NCBI GenBank assembly: GCA_950097015.1
Contig: CATNEN010000001.1
Coordinates: 7,378,001-7,442,000, forward strand
Reading direction: 5' to 3'
Length of the DNA stretch: 64,000 nt
Origin: Macrostomum hystrix
Lineage: Eukaryota; Animalia; Platyhelminthes
Made by a program: the position numbers and the translations under genes. Within the stretch, counting starts at the first letter, position 1. Every line of letters begins with the position of its first letter. The notes beneath the pieces were generated by a model that was given only the letters and a program-made list of their open reading frames with translations, did not search any database and had not been told where the DNA came from. Shown here piece by piece: positions 13,601 to 22,944 of the stretch.

Positions 13601-16600
13601 CTAGCCTACCCAATCCTAGCCTACCCAATCCTAGCCTACCCAATCCTAGCCTACCCAATCCTAGCCTACCCAATCCTTGCCTACCCAATCCTAGCCTACC
13701 CAATCCCAACCAACCCAATCCTAGCCTACCCAATCCTAGCCTACCCAATCCTAACCTAACCATCCTAATCTACTCATATCTACAAAGTCCCGCCCGTATA
13801 TTCAGAATTCCACCCCATATCTACAGAATTCCACCTATATCTACAGAATTCCACCCATATCTACAGATTCCCAACCTATATCTACAGAATTCCAACCCAT
13901 ATCTACAGATTTCTAACCTATATCTACAGAATTCCAACCTATATCTACAGAATTCCAACCCATATCTACAGAATTTTAGATCCTTTCATATTTGTCCCAG
14001 TAATCAGCTTTATAAGTCTACGTTTCTTTCCGACTATTAACAAAGTGCCAAAAAGTGCTTGCCTTCGAAAAGCACTATTGAGGCCTGAAAAAAATTATTG
14101 TAATGCCCTAGTTTCAGATTAGTTTTCTGATGTTGTAAAACAGCTTTCTTTCTTTTATTTGTCGCTAAGTTAAGTGCAATAAAATAAAACAAATTCAATA
14201 CTTTCGTGTTTTATTGAAACCTAGCAAAAATGATATATTTTCGATTGTACCCAAACTCTAACAATCTTTTGTCTGCAAAATTCAAACACAATATGATCTG
14301 CGATCATATTAGACAACTTCGTGGATAATTAGCAGAATTCCGTAGATACAGAGTGAAATTCTGTAAGATAAGGAGTGGGATTCTGTAGATATGGGTTGGA
14401 ATTCTGTAAGATAATGAGTGAATTCTCTAGATATGGGTTGGAATTCTGTAGGTATGGAGTGGAGTTCTGTAGATATGGGTTGGAATTCTGTAAGATAATG
14501 AGTGAATTCTCTAGATATGGGTTGGAATTCTGTAGGTATGGAGTGGAGTTCTGTAGATATGGGTTGGAATTCTGTAGATAAGGAGTGGAATTCTGTAGAT
14601 AAGGAGTGGAATTCTGTAGATAAGGAGTGGAATTCTGTAGATAAGTAGTGGAATTCTGTAGATAAGGAGTGGAATTCTGTAGATAAGGAGTGGAATTCTG
14701 TAGATAAGGAGTGGAATTCTGTAGATAAGGAGTGGAATTCTGTAGATAAGGAGTGGAATTCTGTAGATAAGGAGTGGAATTCTGTAGATAAGGAGTGGAA
14801 TTCTGTAGATAAGGAGTGGAATTCTGTAGATAAGGAGTGGAATTCTGTAGATAAGGAGTGGAATTCTGTAGATAAGGAGTGGAATTCTGTAGATAAGGAG
14901 TGGAATTCTGTAGATAAGGAGTGGAATTCTGTAGATAAGGAGTGGAATTCTGTAGATAAGGAGTGGAATTCTGTAGATAAGGAGTGGAATTCTGTAGATA
15001 AGGAGTGGAATTCTGAAGATAAGGAGTGGAATTCTGTAGATAAGGAGTGGAATTCTGTAGATAAGGAGTGGAATTCTGTAGATAAGGAGTGGAATTCTGT
15101 AGATAAGGAGTGGAATTCTGTAGATAAGGAGTAGAATTCTGTAGGTAAGGAGTGGAATTCTGTAGATACGGAGTGGAATTCTGTAGATAAGGAGTGGAAT
15201 TCTGTAGGTAAGGAGTGGAATTCTGTAGATAAGGAGTGGAATTCTGTATATAAGGAGTGGAATTCTGTAGATAAGGAGTGGAATTCTGTAGATAAGGAGT
15301 GGAATTCTGTAGGTAAGGAGTGGAATTCTGTAGATAAGGAGTGGAATTCTGTAGATAAGGAGTGGATTTCTGTTGAAATCGATCTGAATCGCTTGCACGA
15401 TTATTATAAAAATGTCTCTCAATATGGCTTTGTGTATTAAACATATTAAGTTTTTATCACATACATAAAATAAATTTTCAAGGTAAAAATAAGTGAAAAG
15501 CGAAGTTGTATTTATTTATTTCTATATTTTTACAGTTCTTTCGCATTTTTTTCATTTTAAACAGCGTCGCTGGGCCAACGTGAGCATAGGCCAGCCAGTC
15601 GGTGTTGAGTTCAACTGCTCATTCGATCCGCGCAGCTCATGCATCGCCACCGTCACCTTGGAGGCAGACTTCCTGCTTAAAAAGAGGTATGTGCTACACA
15701 TAATCTCACAGTCTCATAATGGGAGATGAGACTCAGGAGGTCGTAGTTGTGAGATTAGAAAGAGAAGGTGTGAGATGGGACGGAGGAGGTGTGAGATTAG
15801 GGGAAGGAGATGTGAGATGGACGGATGAGGTGTGAGATGGGACGGATGAGATGTGAGATTAGAAGGAGGAGGTGTGAGATGGGACGGATGAGATGTGAGA
15901 TGGGACGGATGAGATGTGAGATTAGAAGGAGGAGGTGTGAGATGAGACGGATGAGGTGTGAGATTAGAAGGATGAGGTGTGAGATGGGACGGATGAGATG
16001 TGAGATGGGACGGATGAGATGTGAGATTAGAAGGAGGAGGTGTGAGATGAGACGGATGAGGTGTGAGATTAGAAGGATGAGGTGTGAGATGAGACGGATG
16101 AGATGTGCGACTAGAAGGAGGAGGTGTGAGATGGGACGTATGAGGTGTGAGATGAGACGGATGAGATGTGAGATTAGAAGGAGGAGGTGTGAGATGAGAC
16201 GGATGAGGTGTGAGATTAGAAGGATGAGGTGTGAGATGAGACGGATGAGATGTGCGACTAGAAGGAGGAGGTGTGAGATGGGATGTATGAGGTGTGAGAT
16301 GAGACGGATGAGGTGTGAGATGGGACGGATGAGATGTATGATGGGACGGATGAGGTGTGAGATGGGACGGATGAGATGTGAGATTAGAAGGAGGAGGTGT
16401 GAGATGGGACGGATGAGGTGTGAGATGGGACGGATGAGATGTGAGATGGGACGCGTTTGCCACTCGCACCACGGTCCCTAAGTTCGATTCCACGGCGAGG
16501 CCACATTTATTTGGGGCGCAGCCGCGGAGAGAAGGCTTGGGGGCTTGTCGTGCAATTTACGCCCTTGAGGGCCAACCTCCAAGGCACAGTTCGAGTGTAC

Positions 16601-19600
16601 ACTGCCTGACGATGAGAAAGTCAGGGCAGATGTACACACCTGTGTGAGCGTATGCCTGCGTACGGGTATCTGTGTGTGTGTGTGCTCAGGAGTCAGCGAA
16701 ATGGGCAGAATTGCCTCCTCGCTGGCTGCGGGTCTATTGTCACCAAACTATGTGTCATTGCCCGCAGCCCTCCTGCAATTATTATTATGATGGGACGGAT
16801 GAGATGTGAGATTAGAAGGAGGAGGTGTGAGATGGGACGGATGAGGTGTGAGATGGGACGGATGAGGTGTGAGATGGGACGGATGAGATGTGAGATGGGA
16901 CGGATGAGATGTGAGATTAGAAGGAGGAGGTGTGAGATGGAGATGGTTGCATAGAGAGCATTTGCAGTGATAAATTATATGTTAAAGTACAAGTGATAAC
17001 GAAGCGCTCTTGTCGGCTTGTTGTTTACAAGCCCTAGCTTTTGTACTTTTTACTATTTCTGCGCTGCTATCTGTTCCTCAAGCCGTCGTTCCATTTTCCA
17101 TTTTCTTCTAGAAAGATTAGGCAGCCGAAAGCTCAGGAAATGATCCTTAGTGTGTTAGAATGCTATATAGAGTTGAGCAGAGTACTCAGAGGGGAGGCCT
17201 AATCCGATGCGGCTGACGACGAAGTTTGTGACCGACTTGGGAGTGAGGACACTTGGGAAAAGCATATATGAGAGTAAAGAGAAGTAAGAGTGCACGTTTG
17301 GGCAATGAGACTGAAAGACAGCTTCTGCTTTAGTTCTGGTGTGTGGCATGAACGATGGGTAATGAGTTATTGCCATGTTTTTAACGCGTCATTGAGTAGT
17401 TGTGTAACTGTAGCGAAGCAGGCAAATTTGATTCCGAGTAGCTCGAGATGTAATTTTTCGTCTTTTGAATAATTTCTTCGTCAATAAAAGTACATTTGCT
17501 GATTTTTCGATCTTCAATTTTCTATATTCAACCTCATGTGATTCAATTCATTATACCTTACAAAATCTCCTTTCATTCTGACTTACATTCTCTAATTTAT
17601 GTTTTGATGCTTTTGCAGTTTTTTATAGCTTTTCTGATTGGTCAGTGAGGGAATGGTTGTTTGAGCTTCTCTGATTGGTCAGTGAGGGAAAGGTTGTTTG
17701 AGCTTCTCTGATTGGTCAGTGAGGGAATGGTTGTTTGAGCTTCTCTGATTGGTCAGTGAGGGAATGGTTGTTTGAGCTTCTCTTACTGGTCAGTGAGGGA
17801 ATGGTTGTTTGAGCTTCTCTTATTGGTCAATAAGGGAAGCGTTTTTTTATTGGAGCTTCTCTGATTGGTCAGTGAGGGAATGGTTGTTTGAGCTTCTCTG
17901 ATTGGTCAGTGAGGGAATGGTTGCTTGAGCTTCTCTGATTTGTCAGTGAGCGAACGGTTGTTTGAGCTTCTCTAATTGGTCAGTGAGGGAACGGTTGTTT
18001 GAGCTTCTCTTATTGGTCAATGAGGGAAATGGTTTTTTGAGCTTCTCTAATTGGTCTGTGAGGGAATGGTGCTTTGAGCTTCTCTGATTGGTTAGCAATG
18101 GAACATTTTCAGGGTTTTTCTGATTGGTAAATTCCAAATAGAATAGCTAGATTTTGATAACTATGATCGCATGTTCTCCGATTCCGTGCATACAGCACAA
18201 CAACGGATCCCTACAACACAGACGAGATGCTGATAGAATTCACGCAGTGCTTCCCCCAGATGCCGCTGACGGTCGGACAGGAGGTCGTCTTCAAATTCAA
18301 AGACAAGAAGCACCTGCTGCTTCGCGTGAAAGAAATGGAGACGCTGCAGCCCACAGGAGACGTACAGTCCGCTAAGTTCGGAGTCATCTCCGGCAACACC
18401 ATCGCCACATTCGAGAAGCTGTCAGATTCCCCACTTGTGCTCACTGGCAAGGCCAAGGCTAAGCAGCCCTATCAGTCCATCATCAATCCTGACTGGAACT
18501 TCAGCATGATGGGCATCGGCGGTCTTGATAAAGAATTTAGCGACATCTTTCGTCGCACCTTCGCGTCGAGAATCTTTCCGCCAGATTTAGTTGAGCAGTT
18601 GGGCATGTGCCACGTGCGCGGCCTGCTACTGTACGGCCCGCCTGGCACCGGCAAGACCCTCATGGCCCGCCAAATCGGCAAGATGTTGAACGCTCGTGAG
18701 CCAAAGATTGTCAACGGACCCTCGATCTTGGACAAATATGTCGGCGAGAGTGAAGCAAAAATTCGACAGCTGTTCGCTGACGCCGAGGACGAGTTTAAAC
18801 GAGTTGGCAACAACTCGGCGCTGCACATTATCATCTTTGATGAGATTGACGCCATCTGCAAGGCCAGAGGCTCTGTTGGCGGAGGCACTCAGGTAAGCTC
18901 GACTTACTTTTACCTGAAGTGCACCGCTTGGTAAAAATGTTCATACAGAAATAATCAGATCAATAAAAAAGCTCCATGACCGATGACGCTCCACTCTCCG
19001 GCCAATCAGAGAAGCTCACACAAACCCGTCCCTCACTGACCAATCAGAGAAGCTCACACAAACCCGTCCCTCACTGACCAATCAGAGAAGCTCACACAAA
19101 CCCGTCCCTCACTGACCAATCAGAGAAGCTCACACAAACCCGTCCCTCACTGAACAATCAGAGAAGCTCACACAAACCCGTCCCTCACTGACCAATCAGA
19201 GAAGTTCACAGAAACCCGTCCCACACTGACCAATCAGAGAAGTTCACAGAAACCCGTCCCACACTGACCAATCAGAGAAGCTCACACAAACCCGCCCCTC
19301 AGTGACCTATTGGAGAAGCTCACAGAAACCTCCCTCACTGACCAATCAGAGAAGTTCACAGAGACCTGTCCCTCACTGACCAATCAGAGAAGCTCACATA
19401 AACCCGTAAGGAGATTACCTCACTCAAACACATCGGTCCCTCACAGAATAATCAGAGAAGCTTAAACAGAAGCTTAATGCTATACTGCCGTAAATTTCAG
19501 GGTTGTATTGGTATAGAAATATTATATATTGATTTAAAAAATCAGTGGCATACTACAGGATTCATTTCGCTAAATGATTGTACTTTTATCACTGGTATGA

Positions 19601-22600
19601 TTTTATTCAGACTCAATGCTTCTATGAAGTCTATTGAACTAGCTGGCTGCTCAACATTTGAGTAAATTTAATTTAATGAGTTTAGGCTCTCTCCACACAC
19701 ACAACAAGACACGCATGATAATGCATGAGAAACATGTGTCTGTCAATCTAAAGACTCGGCAGAATGAGACGGGTAATTTAGAAATTGGAATAATTTATTT
19801 TACTAGCGTGTTTCCCATGGGGTTTTTTTTTATCCCAGTGTCAAGCATTTGATTGTTGGCACAGATATATTATTGCGATTTTCTGGCTTTTATGAGGCTT
19901 TGGGGGAATTTCACTGCCCTAATAGCCTCCAAGTAATAGAATTAATAATAATAGCAGGAGGGCTGCGGGAAATCATTTGGCGACACTAGACCTCCAGCCA
20001 GCGAGGGGGCAATTCTCTGCCCATTTCGCTGACTCCCGAGCACACACGCACACAGATACCGTTCACAGCCATACACTCACATGGGCGTGTACATCTAACT
20101 GAATTTTCTCATCGTCAGGCAGTGTACACTCTCACTGTGCCTTGGAGGTTGGCCCTCAAGGCCCGCCTCCTAATGTACTTTTCTGTGTGTTTTTGCCTGT
20201 GGCATATTATACTGTTTGATTTCTGTGCATTTCATTCTCTTATCCTCACTTCGATTGATAAATAAATTGAGCAATCTTAAATTCGATAGGCTTGAGCTGA
20301 GCAAAATTAAGTAATAAGATAATTTTCAGTTTTTCAGTTATCTACTTATAAGTAGGGTGGTTGGTATCGGAACACAATTTTTTATTTTACTGAGAAAATT
20401 CAAGTATTTCTCTATATTGTCTTAAAACTTTTAAAATTACAAATTATTAAGGAAGGAACGATTCGTTTCCCAGGTGTGGGACACAAAATCGATATTTTTG
20501 ACTGCGATGAAAACTGGGGGACTTACAATCAATATGGAACTCAGCCCTTTATTGATTTGGTGTTTTTAGTCCTCATCGATTTCTCGAGCATCCGCTTCGA
20601 GTTTCTCGTCGATAGGCAGTGTGCTCACTTTGTGTGCTCAAATTTGACTTAAATTCACGCCTCTCGGTGCGAGTACAAAAGTACAAATCCATTGAAATCG
20701 AAAATTTGCACACTAATTAAATTATTTTGCAGGTCCACGACACAGTCGTAAATCAATTACTGTCGAAAATTGATGGAGTCGAGACGCTCAACAATATCCT
20801 GGTCATTGGCATGACGAATCGTAAGGACATGATCGACGAGGCCCTTCTTCGGCCGGGACGCTTCGAGGTCCAGATGGAGATCAGCCTGCCAGACGAGCAC
20901 GGACGGCACCAGATCCTGAGCATTCACACTAACAAGATTCGCGAGAATGGAAAATTAGCCCCGGATGTTGATGTGCGTGAGATTGCCGCCAAGACTAAGA
21001 ACTTTTCTGGCGCTGAACTGGCCGGATTGGTGCGGGCTGCCACGGTTACCGCAATGAACCGCCTGGTGCAGGCTTCCGAGAAGGTTCAGGTGAGACTAGA
21101 CTCACTGATTTCTAGCTTGAGACAAATTAGTCTATTATTAGTACAGTATGTTAGTAATAAGCACTGAAGACCATTGGTTGTAAACACGCTCGCTAGACGA
21201 TGATTTTATGGAGTAAAGTACACTTGTACATGGACTGCAAGCACTGAAGTACACAGACTGCAAGCACTGAAGTACATAGACTGCAAGCACTGAAGTACAT
21301 AGACTGCAAGCACTGAAGTACATAGACTGCAAGCACTGAAGTACATAGACTGCAAGCACTGAAGTACACCGACTGCAAGCACTGAAGTACACAGACTGCA
21401 AGCAGGAAGTACATCGACTGCAAGGACTGAATTACATGGACTTCAAGCACTGAAGTACATCGACTGCAAGCACTGAAGTACACCGACTGCAAGCACTGAA
21501 GTACATCGACTGCAAGCACTGAAGTACAAATGGCTTTAAATAATCATCATATGCTTTGCCTGTAAGCTCTAAAGTAATTAACAAATTATAGAGAGAACCA
21601 AGGTCCCATAGCTCGATTCCACGGTGAGGCCGTATTTATTTGGTGCGCAGCCGCTGAGAGAAGGCTTGGGGGTTTTGTCGTGCAATTTACGCCCTTGAAG
21701 GCCAACCTCCAAGGCACAATGAGAAATTCAGGGCAGATGTGCACACCTGTGTGAGCGTGTGCCTGCGTTCGGTATCTGTGTGCGTCTGTGCTCAGGAGTC
21801 AGCGGAATGGTCAGAATTGCCTTCTCTCTGGCTGCTTAAGGGCACAAGTTATTTTCCTTGAGGTATGGTTCTAACTTGTTCAGACGCTGGGATACAGAGC
21901 TCCTTACACGAGGTAATTCGATATTTTTGCGACGCCCTACCCGCCTCCAATCGTACAAGGTCGATCCGGACGCGATCGACAAGCTGTGCGTCACCCGGCA
22001 CGACTTCATGCACGCCCTGGAGTTCGACATTCGTCCTGCATTCGGCGCCCAAGAGGAGGAACTGGATCGCTACGTCACCGGCGGCTTGGTGCACTGGGGC
22101 GATCCCGTCAGTCACGTGATCGAGCACGGCCTGCTAGCTACCAGAGCTGCCAGGGCCGAAGCTGAAGCTGGCGCTGATTCAGGCCGGCCGGTGGCTCTGC
22201 TGCTTGAGGGGCCGAGAAACAGCGGCAAGACAGCCCTGGCCGTGCACATCGCTCGCCAGGCCGGGTTCTCTTATGTCCGCCTAGCAACTAGCAAGAACAT
22301 GATCGGCTTCAACGAAGTGGCCAAATGCATGGCCGTGAAAAAGTTCTTCGACGATGCGCACAAAGCCAAGCAGGCCGTGGTCATTCTGGACGGCCTTGAG
22401 GGTCTCATCGACTATAGCCCTGTGGGGCCTAGGTATTCCAACTATGTGCTGCAGGTGAGTTTTAAATTCTACTGACATTGCATTCCTTGCTTCTCACCTG
22501 GAGTCGTGCGCCGGTGTCTCGCAACCTCCTACCATTAATCTTGCCTATGTTTATCACCCCGTCTGTTATAATTCTTACAAGGCCCTTCGCGACCTCATCA

Positions 22601-22944
22601 CCGCCCCTTTGCCGCGCAACAAATGCCTACTTCTGTTGGGCACCACAAGCTGCCGCGACGCGCTAGAGGAGTTGGGCCTGGTGCAGTGCTTCACCGCTGG
22701 TAAAATTCACGTGAGCAACCTCACCCAGCCGGAGCATCTGGTCGCAGCTCTTCATCATTTAGAGGCCGCTAAATTCACCGAGAATGAGGTGCGCCAGATT
22801 TATAAATCTGTGTCCGGCTGTCGTTTAAACATCGGCATCAAAGAACTGCTGGACGTCGCTCGCATGACCAACCGTGTTGAAGAGGGCGATCGTGTTCGCT
22901 ACTTCTTGGACCGTCTTAATGAAGACGGCCGTCTAGCTGAGTAG
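10623..22944 (+). CDS. NSF: Vesicle-fusing ATPase NSF (N-ethylmaleimide-sensitive factor), 7 coding exons, ~742 aa
   Basis: Exons 10623-10720 ([18 protein letters not shown]), 11410-11506 (..GKAGFSLVQ), 15565-15686 ([18 protein letters not shown]), 18196-18892 ([25 protein letters not shown]), 20733-21089 ([24 protein letters not shown]), 21960-22454 (GPRNSGKT) and 22582-22944. Phases are consistent and total 2229 nt. Confidence 0.96.
10899..11315 (+). repeat. 21-bp minisatellite A (CCATATCTACAGAATTCCACC) in NSF intron 1
   Basis: Tandem degenerate units; same family as 13775-13975 (+) and 14333-15372 (-). Confidence 0.9.
11997..12623 (+). CDS. PACRGL: PACRG-like protein, intronless, nested in NSF intron 2 on the same strand
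   Basis: 208-aa ORF with [57 protein letters not shown] and IIKARIPTY, motifs recognised from PACRGL/ParcG proteins. ATTAAA at ~12701. Confidence 0.92.
   Translation: MSSSSSSRPSSTGKPSDRLNAQTVPAFGPRGRLTTFQAAYETGLVPCRLQHGSVRHRLSWQQPVDSLDLDPLAVYMAQGLLETKHPYNFLSQQGLQELLSARQAAQQLPTVLPRLVPHLKAALSAQPKQHPNAFDAALKCCILISAAIGPQLNSHLTALLPSMARLMVNGPQSNREAIIGALQHFEANGAPEALAIIKARIPTYTAAV
12725..13762 (+). repeat. 15-bp C-rich minisatellite (CCCAATCCTAGCCTA)n
   Basis: About 69 near-perfect copies; the minus strand reads (TAGGCTAGGATTGGG)n. Confidence 0.97.
13775..13975 (+). repeat. 21-bp minisatellite B (same family as A)
   Basis: ATATCTACAGAATTCCA units. Confidence 0.9.
14333..15372 (-). repeat. 21-bp minisatellite C (GTGGAATTCTGTAGATAAGGA)n, inverted relative to A and B
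   Basis: About 49 units; the reverse complement TCCTTATCTACAGAATTCCAC matches the A/B unit. Confidence 0.97.
15720..16945 (+). repeat. 21-bp GA-rich minisatellite (GAGATGTGAGATGGGACGGAT variants), interrupted by a SINE
   Basis: Tandem units at 15720-16450 and 16789-16945. Confidence 0.93.
16451..16788 (+). mobile_element. tRNA-derived SINE copy (5'-truncated)
   Basis: B-box-like AAGTTCGATTCC, conserved body shared with other copies, 3' stem GGCTGCGGG/CCCGCAGCC, (ATT)n tail, possible TSD GATGGGACG. Confidence 0.85.
17630..18128 (+). repeat. 37-bp minisatellite (TTCTCTGATTGGTCAGTGAGGGAATGGTTGTTTGAGC) upstream of NSF exon 4
   Basis: About 13 tandem units. Confidence 0.93.
19001..19462 (-). 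repeat. 38-bp minisatellite, inverted homologue of 17630-18128, downstream of NSF exon 4
   Basis: Unit CCAATCAGAGAAGCTCACACAAACCCGTCCCTCACTGA; its reverse complement closely matches the 37-bp unit. Confidence 0.93.
19944..20162 (-). mobile_element. SINE copy, 3' half
   Basis: Reverse complement of the SINE body (GGAGGGCTGC..TTTCGCTGACTCC..TCATCGTCAGGCAGTGTACAC..TTGGAGGTTGGCCC) with (AAT)n tail. Confidence 0.85.
21225..21530 (+). repeat. 21-bp minisatellite (GACTGCAAGCACTGAAGTACA)
   Basis: About 14 tandem units in NSF intron 5. Confidence 0.93.
21601..21835 (+). mobile_element. SINE copy with internal deletion
   Basis: Colinear with 16451-16788 (GAGAAGGCTTGGGG..GTGCAATTTACGCCCTTG..GTGCTCAGGAGTCAGCG) but lacks the left arm of the central hairpin. 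Confidence 0.85.

Noticed and set aside
12620-16493. Long ORFs (PILAY, LGLGR, LQNSTPY, RMRCE repeats)
   Set aside because: These are translations of minisatellites with unit lengths divisible by 3, lying within NSF introns.
16600-16640. CTGACGA-TGA-GAAA in the SINE resembles a hammerhead ribozyme core, as in the schistosome Sm-alpha SINE
   Set aside because: Only 3 nt lie between CUGANGA and GAAA, so there is no stem II, and there is no matching stem III/UH site. The segment instead folds as a simple hairpin.
16695-16735. GCCTCCTCGCTGGC and GCGAAATGGG resemble HDV ribozyme P3/L3 and J4/2
   Set aside because: The elements are in the wrong order, no GG for P1.1 follows the putative P1, and the downstream bases pair in the SINE 3' stem. 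An Infernal/RNArobo search would settle it.
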